This document shows, in pieces, positions 35,161-46,255 of a stretch of 64,000 nt of DNA. The stretch comes from Eukaryota sp. TZLM1-RC (lineage: Eukaryota > Protista > Metamonada: BaSk clade), in assembly GCA_040285825.1 (NCBI GenBank), contig JAUPSS010000003.1:310001-374000 (forward strand), given 5' to 3'. How positions within the stretch are numbered: the stretch's first letter is position 1; each line of letters begins with the position of its first letter. The position numbers and the translations under genes are program-made. Under the pieces are notes generated by a model. It made no database searches. It worked only from the letters and a program-made list of their open reading frames with translations, and had not been told where the DNA came from.

Positions 35161-37155
35161 TTTTTCCAATTGTTCCCCCTTTGATTTTTGAAAAATTGTC
35201 CATAATTACCGTGAAAAGATCGAGACTATTTAGACCATTAAATTTTTTTCATAGTGGTTAAGATACTGTCCTTACCGTTTGTTTGATTCGAAATTTGCAA
35301 CACCTGAAACTACTATTTCTAACCGCTTATACACAGACGGTAGATCAATGATGTTGAACTGAATTCAATAATGAGGTCAGGGTTAGTTGAAGTTATTAAA
35401 TTGAAAAACGAAAGTATCATTTCCAATTCATTGTTGGCTCTGTGTTCTGTTGTGAAACTTGATAGAATAAAAGAATTATTGTTCCAATGAAGTTAATGAT
35501 AATGAACATTAGACTCATTTATGTTTTTCTGAGCAGAAGTCATACCACATTAAATTATAACTAATGGGTCACTGCCAATATTTGGCTGGAGTGAATTGAA
35601 TGAGTAACGATCTGAATTTGCATCGTCATCCTTTTCTACATAATCATTATCACCATCAACATCATTATTATCAATATCATCTGTTTTGACTTCAATAGTA
35701 TTTGACCGTAAAACAGTAAGCTGGTTTTTAATGTCAGATCGGCTAGACATTGTTTCAATATCAAAGAATATAATCTTGGAGTTATGTTCAGTAGTGGATA
35801 ATTTATGTTTCTTGCGTTTAAGAGTAAGTCCACAACCAAAAAGAGAAGGATGGTGAAGAAGTACCAGAAGTGTCCAAATTTTGAGGGTAATGAGAACCAG
35901 TTGCAGAAGATGTAGAAAGCAAAAAGGCTAGCAGGCGTTTGTGTTTTTCAGAGTTGGAAAGAGGTGTGGAATATGCCATGGTGGAAGCATCAATTTCCAA
36001 GTTCAGCGACGCAGGTGGTGTGTCTGACATGTAATGAAAATTATGAGCTTCTCTATCAATTTTTGCACTTGTCATCCGATTCTCGACTCCTGATTTCTGA
36101 GGTTTTTGACCCTCAGCATGGGCAACAATTGTTGTTGTGTTGTTGAACAGCAGAAAAAAATTTCTGCTTGGTCTCTTGTCATTGTTCCCCTCATTAGATG
36201 AAAGATCAAGCAAAAAAATCAAGCATTCTACTGTAGAACACACATGTTATTGAACGAGGTATTTTTCCTTAAAAGATGAAATTGGTTTAGCCCATTTAAT
36301 GATTCTATTGTAATTCCAATAAAATTATTATTCTGTTCGGCAATGAAATCAACTTCTACAGGAATGTACTATATGAAAGGTGCTAATAACGACTGTGCAA
36401 GCAACATGGAAATGCTGCTAAAAATCATTGTCAATTTATCAATTTTCATGTATTTCTTTTATTGATACACAGCACCAAACAAGTAGAAATACTACCTACT
36501 GCCTTACTTCCATTCCACCTCTAAATCTTTAACCATCCACAGTACATCCACAGATTGTTTTAGCATTTGTAGCTTATATATACTACTTGATGAAACAATT
36601 ATTATTAAATAAATAGAATAAATAAATTTTTTCACCCGAAATATAATATAACATTCGTGTAGTTGGGCCCTGTTATTGTTGTTGATCAAGTCCAACGAGT
36701 TCTGACAATGTATTTGAATTATTTTCATCAGAAAACATCAACTCAAAAAGTAACATGTGGTGCTTAATTCGACACTGGTCCTTGATGTGTGAATAGATTA
36801 AGTTCACAGTGTCTGTGAAACTGTTTGCAACTGTAATCAATAATGTATACCGACTTTCCTTGTGACATTAACAACACCGGCAAGCTATGGAATGTACTGT
36901 CGATTGAAGAAATGCCATTCTCTTTTGAAACAGTTACTGGCGGTGACTGGGTGTTGTCTATCGCATCAATACATGAAATATCGTGAACAAAGTCGACACA
37001 TAATGCAGGATCAAGCAATATAAAAGTTCTGTACGAGCAGAAGGTGTTGAGTGAATAAGCGAAGCCGTGGATGATAAGACAGCATCTTTAGAATTTATTC
37101 TATATTTTGAAAAATAATTTTGAACAAATAATCAGTTCGTCCTACAACTATAAGA

Positions 37156-38448
37156 ATGGACTACCACTCTCGTCCACCTTTGCCTCCTGCAGATAGTGGA
37201 ATCGTATACCAACTTGACACTCCCACTAATGATATTGATCAAGTGTCGAAGACAGGGTTTGTCTTTAAGGAAACCAAGACTGTTTTTGGTGTTAAATGGC
37301 CACGTACCTTTGTTCAAATAAGAGGTGTTTTCGTGGAGTTCTTTCCAGTCGACAGCTTAACAAAACCCTCTTTAACTTTACACGTCTCGTCTTGTGTATT
37401 TTCGTCTATTACAAAAAATAATCAGCACTGTGTGCACGTTCAATCAGGTTCTAACAATATTTATTTCTATTCAGGTTCCTTTAAAGACGTTGATGAATGG
37501 ATAGCAGCCCTTTCTAGTGCTCAGGCTCTTAGTAAATATTTAAGCACATGTGATATTGAAAGCATTATACCCGACTCTGACATTTTACCAGTCTTTGCAC
37601 TTAGTAATTGTGATGTTACTACCTTCACGATACAAAACAATCATATGTTGGTGAAAGTTTTCTCATGTATTGCAGTTCCTCTTCAGTATTCTAAGTTACA
37701 TTCACTCTCATTGATCAATGTAGCCTTAACCGATGAATCGCTCTATTTTCTAGAAAGTGCACTGTCTCGCATAACTTCTTTATTAGATGTAAATTTATCT
37801 CAGAATAAACTTTCAGAGATCGGGGGTAGCATATTGGGCACAGTATTATCGAAAAGCCACTCAATTAGATCTGTGATTCTTGATGACAACCACCTGTCTA
37901 ATGGAGGTTTAGAAGCAGTTGTTTCTGGACTCACAAGTCATAGAATAACATCCAACAATGGTCCAGTTGCTCTTCACACCCTCTCAGTCCGCAACAACTC
38001 TATTACAGGGGAAGGAATACAGCTGATGGTTGACTACATGGTGCCTGATTACTCTGATAACCTAGATCAGCAATCCATTATTCCTATTCAAAATATATAT
38101 CTTGGCCAAAACTCTCTTGGAGACTTGGGGATTGCGCTACTCAAAAGAATTGCGTTTGCCTCATTTCTCAAAGTATTGGATCTTTCGTTTTGCAATTTCA
38201 CCAGCAGAGGTTCAGAGTTACTAACAATGATGCTACAGAACAATGATTCCTTGGCAGAAATAGATCTTTCTGGTTGTGAACTCAACTCTGTGGCCATAAT
38301 CCAGCTAGCCAAATTAATCTCCATACATCCAAGACTTTGTATTGTAAGATTGGATAAGTGTAGCGTACATTGGGAGGAAATAGAACTTTTACTTAATGTC
38401 AGCAGCAGTAAAGAGCTGTCTATAAGCGACTTGGTGATTAAAAAATAG
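37156..38448 (+). CDS. PH domain + RNI-like leucine-rich repeat protein
   Basis: KTGFVFK..WPRTFV..DEWIAAL PH domain; LxxLxLxxNxLxxxG repeats. Confidence 0.85.
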   Translation: MDYHSRPPLPPADSGIVYQLDTPTNDIDQVSKTGFVFKETKTVFGVKWPRTFVQIRGVFVEFFPVDSLTKPSLTLHVSSCVFSSITKNNQHCVHVQSGSNNIYFYSGSFKDVDEWIAALSSAQALSKYLSTCDIESIIPDSDILPVFALSNCDVTTFTIQNNHMLVKVFSCIAVPLQYSKLHSLSLINVALTDESLYFLESALSRITSLLDVNLSQNKLSEIGGSILGTVLSKSHSIRSVILDDNHLSNGGLEAVVSGLTSHRITSNNGPVALHTLSVRNNSITGEGIQLMVDYMVPDYSDNLDQQSIIPIQNIYLGQNSLGDLGIALLKRIAFASFLKVLDLSFCNFTSRGSELLTMMLQNNDSLAEIDLSGCELNSVAIIQLAKLISIHPRLCIVRLDKCSVHWEEIELLLNVSSSKELSISDLVIKK

Positions 38449-38562
38449 TCAAAAATTGAAACTAATTAACTACCAGCAAATGATTAAAAACAATTTTATT
38501 GTAATACACCTAGAAAGTTTTTAATAATGTAAAGTACATAAAGAATTATTTAAATTTTAATA

Positions 38563-39111
38563 TTAATTATTTTCAGCCAGCAATAAATTCTTGATATTTG
38601 ATAAATTTGCTTCCAATTGACTGACTTTTTTCTGTAAATCGATCTTTTCCTGCTCTAGGAAGGAGTTTTTAGCTTCCAATTGTGATACAACGTGTTCAAC
38701 TTTCTCTCTGTATCTATTAATTTCATCAATGGTCATTTGTCGTGTGTGTTCCATTTCCTTTAGCTTAAGGGTCATATCACGCTCTCTTTGCTCATGTTCA
38801 GAAACGAGTTCTTGTAGTATTTTAGTTGAAGCATCAGAACAACATTCACATCCACATTCACACCGCTTTGGTTTACATGTCTGAGTTAGAGATAGATCAT
38901 CCTTCTCTGAAAAGCCGGAAATTGAGTTAAGAGATATGGTAGTGTTTGGTATGGTTTTGGATGTGTCATATGTATTAAATCTTTGAGTAGGACGTCGTGA
39001 CCTTGAAGAAGGTCGAAGAGAAGTGGTAAAAGGACGAGGACGAGGTCTAGAGGAAGAGCGTGATCGGCTTGATGCCCTATTTGTGTGCATATTTGTGTGA
39101 AGTAAAGTCAT
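38563..39111 (-). CDS. Hypothetical protein with basic N-terminus and C-terminal coiled coil
   Basis: Intact 182-aa ORF; CECGCECC cluster; heptad-rich C-terminus. Confidence 0.7.
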   Translation of the reverse strand: MTLLHTNMHTNRASSRSRSSSRPRPRPFTTSLRPSSRSRRPTQRFNTYDTSKTIPNTTISLNSISGFSEKDDLSLTQTCKPKRCECGCECCSDASTKILQELVSEHEQRERDMTLKLKEMEHTRQMTIDEINRYREKVEHVVSQLEAKNSFLEQEKIDLQKKVSQLEANLSNIKNLLLAENN

Positions 39112-39138
39112 TTTTTTATGTCCTTTGACTACCTGAGA

Positions 39139-39229
39139 ATTGAATAAATATCACCAACACTGATGTAAACTTCTCAGCACCAACGGTTACTATACAATAA
39201 ACACCTTGGAAATACGTTGATTAAAACAG
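39139..39229 (-). ncRNA. Candidate omegaRNA scaffold (copy 2)
   Basis: 91 nt downstream of the stop conserved with 61235-61325, followed by abrupt divergence; hairpin CCAAGG..CCGTTGG. Confidence 0.65.
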
Positions 39230-39652
39230 CTACTGTCTGCCTCTTAGACGTCTCACACGCCTTGGTCTTCGGAATGGTTCTGGCCTAGTACCAATGAAAT
39301 ACTTACTGATTACAATCTTCAGCTGATTTCTGGAGACCAGTTGGTCTGACATCGAGGGCAATCGAACTTAGCGTTATTTACCCTTCCGCCATCTTGATAT
39401 ATCTTTCTTTGGAAGACCTTACGGCAATTGACTTTTGCTGAGGTCATAAACCCGTCCCCCACTTTGACGTTTTCAAAGTGTTTTTGGATTTGTTTGAGAA
39501 ATATCTTTCTGGGGGATTTCACAGCTTAACAAGATGGACCACCGCCGCCATGACCGAACCAAACTATAGTGTTTCTTCCTTCAGACAAGCGTTTAATTTT
39601 GTTAATAAAACTAGTTAGTCTCTTTTGTCTTCGTATGAAAAATCAAACTTAT
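39139..39652 (-). pseudogene. 5'-truncated copy of the 61-63 kb Fanzor (C-terminus + 3' non-coding end)
   Basis: Aligns to 61235-61764 with small indels and stops; CPRCQTNWS. Confidence 0.92.
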
Positions 39653-40322
39653 CAGTAATTGAAAGTGAATGTGTAATTGCTAGAAAGATCAACACCCCAA
39701 TCATCAAGTCAACGCAGAAAAGTTTGAAATAAATTGTGAATTTCAAATTCAATTGGAGTGGTAACAATACGAGATGAATTTGTTAGAAGAATTCACAACA
39801 AACAGTAATAATACATCATCTCTCATCAAATCTGTTCATTGAAGAACCAGCCAACCAAAGAATTGCTAAATAATTCCCACTTTGACTGATCATCTGTTTC
39901 AACAAGACCGTGTCTCAAAATATTGTTAACAAATGAACAAAACAAATGAACAAAACAAATGAAAAACACATTGACAAAACTGATCTAGATACAAAATTCA
40001 AAAGTGGCCGTCAATGGCAATTGAAAGGGTTTAAGATAATGGAAAATTTTAAGAAAATTGCGAAGGACAAAGAAAAACATGTACACCCGGAGTCACAATA
40101 CACTGTTGAGTTTTCTCAAAAGGGTCAACACTTTACGCTTTGACTTTCACCAAGGACCAAATGACTATTGAGAGCACATAATTTTGTATCTTCTGATGCA
40201 GTCTTCTTTGTAGAGATAATGTCTGTGTAAAAGAAGTCTGATAAAGTGAATGGCATAGGCAAGTTGAAAATGGGTGGAAAAATTTGACCCGAGGAAAAAT
40301 ATTTCCAGGTTATTCTTCCGGA

Positions 40323-40480
40323 TGTTAGCCTTGGATAATATTTATAATAGTTTATTTATAGTTTATTTATAGTTATTGTATTATTGCGCGTATGCGCTTA
40401 AGTTGAGGGAAATCCTCTTTCCCTGGTAATAAATTACTTTACATTTCAGGTATACTATGTCTAACCCCCGCAGATCATCA
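40323..40480 (+). repeat. Solo LTR of the Gypsy-1 family
   Basis: TGTTAGCC...GATCATCA matches the reverse complement of 10416-10575; flanks CGGA/TGGA. Confidence 0.92.
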
Positions 40481-40780
40481 TGGAAAGAAATCCACACATT
40501 AGACAGTTCTGTTTATGAAGTAGTTGTCACGACATCAAATGACTTCTGTCACAAAAGAAGGAAGGTTCATTTTATTGAGTAAAAGAGGAACTAACATACA
40601 ATTCTAGACAGGTTTAGTCCTGCTTCTTTGTCAATAGAGGCACTGTATAACTCATGAAATAGGTTTTTTGAAGAGTGAGTGAAAACTGAGTGAGTTAAGA
40701 AACTTGTACTCACAACCCACTCAAAAAGTGGTCCTACAGTTCAATTATTTCCTACTCCCTTCCTTTGTACGAATGCTGTA

Positions 40781-42330
40781 ATGGGGGGATGTTTCAGTAC
40801 AGCAGGTGACCTTGTTGTCACATACGACTCTCATCTTGAACATAACAGCGACACTCCAGCCTTTGAGAAGTATCACTGTTCACATTCTGAGCACTCCGAC
40901 CCCGATTCTCTTGAATTGATCGCCAACAATTACATTACATCTACTTCCACCAACAATATGGTCTCACTCGGTTTTGCTGATAGTCCTGCTTCAAACTCAC
41001 CTAATGGACGTCGGTCCGGTTCCTTTCTTTACGCTGTCAACCAAGATCTCACTCGTTCTGATTCAACTTTATCTGGTGATCAAATCAACTGGGTATCAGG
41101 GGAGCTATTGGGAAGAGGAGCTTTTGGTTCAGTCTACCTAGGCCTAGACTCTGATACAGGCATTCTCATGGCCGTCAAGGAATTTCCCACTTCTGATAAA
41201 TCACAAGCTGAACTTGAGGAAATCCAACAAGAAATCAATCTAATGAGGGACTTCTCCCATGAAAACATTGTTCGTTATTACGGGTGTAAAAGATCTAGAG
41301 GTTTATTGCACGTGTTTATGGAGTACGTTCCAGGTATGTTGTTACTTTACCATTGATCACCTCAGGGGGTAGCATTGCAAGCTTGTTGAGAAAGTTTTCT
41401 CATTTTTCTGCTGATGTTGTAAAGCATTACACTAGGCAAATCCTTGAAGGGGTTTCTTATCTTCACAGTCATTCTATCATTCATCGCGATCTAAAAGGGG
41501 CGAATCTTTTGATAGATAACAATGGAGTTGTCAAGGTTGCTGATTTTGGTGCTTCTCGTAAACTTCAAGGCTACCACACTGCCTTGAATGAATGCAGAAG
41601 TCTCAAAGGAACTCCCTTTTGGATGGCTCCTGAGGTCATTGAACAAGCGGCTTATGGTAGGGCTGCAGACATCTGGTCCATTGGGTGTTGTGTTATTGAA
41701 ATGTTGAGCGGCAGACCACCGTGGAGTGAATTCCCCCCTGTCACGGCTTTATTTCACATCGCGAGGTCAACACAACCTCCAAAATTCCCAAAGAATATTA
41801 GTTCCGAAGCAAAGGATTTTTTAATTCAGTGCTTTCATCGCGATCCAAAACTGAGACCATCTGCAAACCAGCTTCTGCTTCACCCTTTTGTCCAGGCTAA
41901 CCAAATTGCCCAACAACGAAGGAGTTCGGTGGTATACAACAGAAGAGAGCAGATGATTTCGCCTTCCGCTGATCCCTCGAGAAGACCTACCAGGACCCCT
42001 GACACCCCTGAACCAAACAAGGACGGACAACGGAGGAGGTCTTCGCATACGGCTAATTCATTATTGGTTGAACGGATGCTAGCTGAAAGATCTACATTGA
42101 ATTCTATTCACACTATGAGAAGTGGGGTTAAAAAGGATGAGATTAGTCACCCACGTTTAAATACTATTGATGAGTGTTATTCCATGGATAATTTCTCAAC
42201 TAAGGTAGAAGATTTTTCTGATGATGAGCGTTCTGTTGGTGGTGCTTCAATTGTAGACATTAAACAAGATGTTGAGAGAAGAATAAGGTATACTTCACAG
42301 TCAGATTTGTTAAAACATTTCAATAGATAA
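40781..42330 (+). CDS. STE11/NPK1-like MAP kinase kinase kinase, one 32-nt intron at 41334-41365
   Basis: GELLGRGAFGSVY, MAVKE, MEYVP-GGSI, HRDLKGAN, DFG, KGTPFWMAPEVI; MGGC N-terminus suggests lipid anchoring. Confidence 0.93.
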
Positions 42331-42930
42331 TTAGTTTTTTCTGTATATAGATTAAATGTTAGCCATTTTTTTTGTAAATCGGTTTTATTTTCTATTTTTC
42401 AATTTATTTTAATTATACACCTTAAATAACTTTAGTAATTGAATGCGGAGATTGTCTGTCAAATGCTTCAAGTACAAGTTTTAAAATATGTTTTTGCTAA
42501 ATCAAGATTCAAAAGAACAATTGATATCTACCTTGAAAAGTTCTAAATTTGTGTTAAAATCACCTTTTGAATTCAAAGTGGTTTTGACTATGTACTAATT
42601 AATCATAGATCAGGACATGTACATGCTGCGAATCCTGTTGATACAGGTCTAGGTCTATCATATTAAGTAAAGTGTGCTTTGCTTTTAAACAATATTTATC
42701 TGATCATTCAATATTACATTTTGTTCAATGAATATCGTACATGTAATATAGATTGATATCATTAAGGAGCTTCAATAGGTCTTGTGTGGAGTATTTTGTT
42801 TCTGTGAAAGGATAGTTGATGGCTTTTGGTTGGTTGGATTGAATTCAATTCATGGAAGGATTTGTTTAACTAAAAATTATAGCTTCTTTAGACACATCCC
42901 CATTAAATTGGACTAGCTTTTGTTAGTTTT

Positions 42931-45762
42931 ATGAGTTTAACACATTTTAAGAACAGCTCTTTTGCACAACATAGCTACGTTGAGGATGTTCAACAATGTG
43001 TCGTAGCATTTGAACGACTGTGGTCTTTTGCAGGATCAACAATCTATGTTTACTCGATTGATAGCAAGTCTTTAATCGCCCGTGTTCCTCTTCTATCTGA
43101 TGTTGATCGTGTTTTACATTACTCAACCCTAACAAATCCTTCTGGTTTTGTTCTATCACTTTCAACATCTGATAACTCTCGTGCAATTGTTTTCTTAGAT
43201 GTTCAAACATTTTCTCTATCTGTAGTTTGTACACCATCTTTTACCATCTCTTCTATCGCCTCTCAAAACTTTTCGACCACATCACTCATTCTCCTCGGTA
43301 CTGATCAAGGCCATGTATATTCCATTACCCTTCTTCTACACAATAACTCTAAGCTTTCGTTCTCTACCCCCCTGTTACTAACCTCCTCTCAGTCCCAATT
43401 CGTCTATGCAGATGGAGCGAATCGATCAAGAAGAAATCTGTTTGTTTCTTCACTCAAATTCTTCCCAGAATTGTGTGGTGCTTCTACCTTTTATTTCGCA
43501 ATTGGTTATTCGTTTGGTTACTTTGATTTTTGTAAGATTGAACAATCCTTGGATGAATCTTTTTCTTTCACCCCCATCTCATTTGAATTTGTCTCTGACG
43601 AAGCTAGGACCGCTGCTGAATCTTCAAGGTCTTCGTCGCTGGTAGAGGCATCACCTGTGTTGAATTTCACCTATTTAAGCTCAAACAAGCAGTTGGTGGT
43701 CACTTCTGGAACTCATCAACATTCATCGGTTCAACATTTGAATTTTATTTCCTTTTATCGACTAAATCGAAATTACTCCCTAACACCAATTAAGAACCAT
43801 TCAATTAATTCAAGTATTTGTTTTGGCACTCCAGAAACTTTGTTTATTGAGAATGTTCCGTTTGTCATTTTTGGAGGCTCCACTAGTGAGCAAAGTTTTA
43901 TTTACCTTGCTAACTCGGATGTTATTCAATCAATTGCACTCGATTTTGGATCTTTTGTATTTTTTATCAAATTAATTGGATCTAATTCAGTTTGTAATTT
44001 TAATTCAATTTCTTTACCACTATTGATATGCACTGCAAACTTTTTCACTGTAAATTTAATAGAAGATTCAATTACTTTTCATAGAAGAGAAATTAAAAGA
44101 ATTGGAATTAGCTCTTTATTTGAATCTGAATTTACCATTAGTGAAGCAATTGAAAGGTATGAGAACGAAGGAATTGTTTCTCATTTTGAAATTAAAAACT
44201 TGTCGTTAACCGGTTTAGGCCGCCTTCTATCAATTTTGATTGAATTGAGATGTGGGTCGATGATTGCTGATTTGATTGGTTCAGAAATCAAAACTATGTT
44301 GAATTCAAAAGACCTGTTGGCCTTTATTGTGCAGTGTTTCGAAGATATTGACCAAGCTAACTCCTTTATGGACCATAATGTTCATTTGTTTGAACTTTTA
44401 ATACTTCTTGACGGTCTACTCCAACGGCCAATGGTTGGAGACCAGTCCAAGATTCAGCTCGTGGTTCTGAGGACCAGAGTTACCTTTGCAATCACTGCTA
44501 ATCAGTTGGAAACGTGGGCACAATCAATCAATTTTGATTCAATGGTTGACTTTTCGCGTACCTCACCTGATAATTCGTTAATCTATATCAGCTATTTGAC
44601 TTCTTTTCTTGCAGAATTTCTGAGTTCTAATTATCCTTTCAACAGGTCAATAATTGATGAATCTCGGTCTTTATTAACGAATAATGAGCTTTTCTCCAAA
44701 ATTTTTGAATTGCAGTCATTTGAAGAGATTACCTTTTATGCTGTGGATTTACGTTTGAAAATTTTGTCTTTAATTCTTTATTCTTTATTCGATCAATCTC
44801 ATCAAACAGTCGACACCATGGCGATCTCGGTCACTTTTATTAATAGTTTTTCATTACCCCCAAACTTTTTGGATTCTGTTTTGTTTTACTACAAAGTGGA
44901 TACAAATCAGAAAAATATCGATGTTCTCCCCAACTCTATAGAAGAAGGCTATATTCCAATTTTATTCGAACATTTGGTTGGCAATCAAAAATTTACTTTG
45001 CTAAATCGCCTGTTATCATTAGATGCCAGCACAATATCCGGAATTCTTTCTGTTGAGTCTTTGGTTCAATATTTAGCTGTTGGTGGATTCTTTGCTGTGA
45101 TTGAATTATTTATTTCAAATAGTAGTAATTTATCAATTCCGATTGATCCAATGTTTCTCTTTAACAAAACTGTTTACTCTATCTGTAACGTTGATTCTAG
45201 TCAAAAGAAACATTCATTATTGAAGCTTTTGGTTATTTACCCGTGGAGTCAACCCCACTTGCTAATGTTATCCAGGGCTCTTTCAGAAACCTTTCCTCTT
45301 AAAGCTGTTTCGCTATTGCTATCAAGGGGTTACTATATTGAGGCTGCAGAACTTCTTGCCTTACTGCCACCGGGAACTGATCAATCAAGTTGCCAGGAGT
45401 TAGTTATCTCTGTTGCGAGGGGGTTACCTGGACCTCAGCGTGTGTCTGTGTTGAAAGTTTGTCGTCAGGAGGAGGAAGTGGTGACAATGGAAGGGGAATT
45501 TGCGATTGGTGAAGAGTCAATACCGTCTGTTTTACCTATTCCACCATCCTCACCTGGGACTCCCATCTCTCTTCGCACTCTAAGAAGGACCGCCAAGCAG
45601 TCTGTTCATGGTCCTCTTGATGACATGGAAATCCCTTCATTTAGAGGTGTTAGTAGTGTGGTAAAGAAAACCCCTACAATTTTGCGCGATACCAGGAGGA
45701 GTGCGATGGGTGCGACGGAAGTTGTGAGTTCTCCACTGTTTAATAGCTTTGTTAATTCTTGA
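42931..45762 (+). CDS. Large hypothetical protein (beta-rich N-terminus, helical middle, SP/TP tail; possibly ELYS-like)
   Basis: Intact 943-aa ORF; the family guess is weak and based on architecture only. Confidence 0.7.
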   Translation: MSLTHFKNSSFAQHSYVEDVQQCVVAFERLWSFAGSTIYVYSIDSKSLIARVPLLSDVDRVLHYSTLTNPSGFVLSLSTSDNSRAIVFLDVQTFSLSVVCTPSFTISSIASQNFSTTSLILLGTDQGHVYSITLLLHNNSKLSFSTPLLLTSSQSQFVYADGANRSRRNLFVSSLKFFPELCGASTFYFAIGYSFGYFDFCKIEQSLDESFSFTPISFEFVSDEARTAAESSRSSSLVEASPVLNFTYLSSNKQLVVTSGTHQHSSVQHLNFISFYRLNRNYSLTPIKNHSINSSICFGTPETLFIENVPFVIFGGSTSEQSFIYLANSDVIQSIALDFGSFVFFIKLIGSNSVCNFNSISLPLLICTANFFTVNLIEDSITFHRREIKRIGISSLFESEFTISEAIERYENEGIVSHFEIKNLSLTGLGRLLSILIELRCGSMIADLIGSEIKTMLNSKDLLAFIVQCFEDIDQANSFMDHNVHLFELLILLDGLLQRPMVGDQSKIQLVVLRTRVTFAITANQLETWAQSINFDSMVDFSRTSPDNSLIYISYLTSFLAEFLSSNYPFNRSIIDESRSLLTNNELFSKIFELQSFEEITFYAVDLRLKILSLILYSLFDQSHQTVDTMAISVTFINSFSLPPNFLDSVLFYYKVDTNQKNIDVLPNSIEEGYIPILFEHLVGNQKFTLLNRLLSLDASTISGILSVESLVQYLAVGGFFAVIELFISNSSNLSIPIDPMFLFNKTVYSICNVDSSQKKHSLLKLLVIYPWSQPHLLMLSRALSETFPLKAVSLLLSRGYYIEAAELLALLPPGTDQSSCQELVISVARGLPGPQRVSVLKVCRQEEEVVTMEGEFAIGEESIPSVLPIPPSSPGTPISLRTLRRTAKQSVHGPLDDMEIPSFRGVSSVVKKTPTILRDTRRSAMGATEVVSSPLFNSFVNS

Positions 45763-46255
45763 TTTGATATTTTATTTTTTGCATCACTTCGGTCAAATCG
45801 AACGTTCATTTTCTAATAAATTTTTTCGATTTTGCTGACTTTTAGTGTAAATTGTGCAATTCATTGTTCCATGTTGAGAGCTTCTTTTGAAAAAAAACAT
45901 TAAAACAAATGTACAAGTTAACATTCCAGTGAGAGACCCCCAGCTTATTGAAACGAATATTAATATGGCTTTGCGAAAGTGAAGTTGCAGAAATGACTCA
46001 AAAATTATTCTTCCTTGGAGTTCACAACAACTCAAAAGTTTGTTTCCTCTGACTAATCGTAGCAATCTTTTGACAAATTAGTTGATCAAATCAACAATCT
46101 GATCAAAGTGTATTATTGTATTTATTGTGCAGAAATCTTCAATGAGAAAGTGAACAAAATTTGATTTCTACAGCTAAACATCTAATTTTGATAGGATTCT
46201 GTTTCCTGTTCTGAAATGTCATTCTTTATTGAGAAGTTCTTCTTTTGTTTGTAGA

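Noticed and set aside
35550-37018. Short minus-strand ORFs as the missing N-terminus of the 28.8-31.2 kb Fanzor
   Set aside because: No recognisable motifs and no TSD linking them across the CRE cluster.
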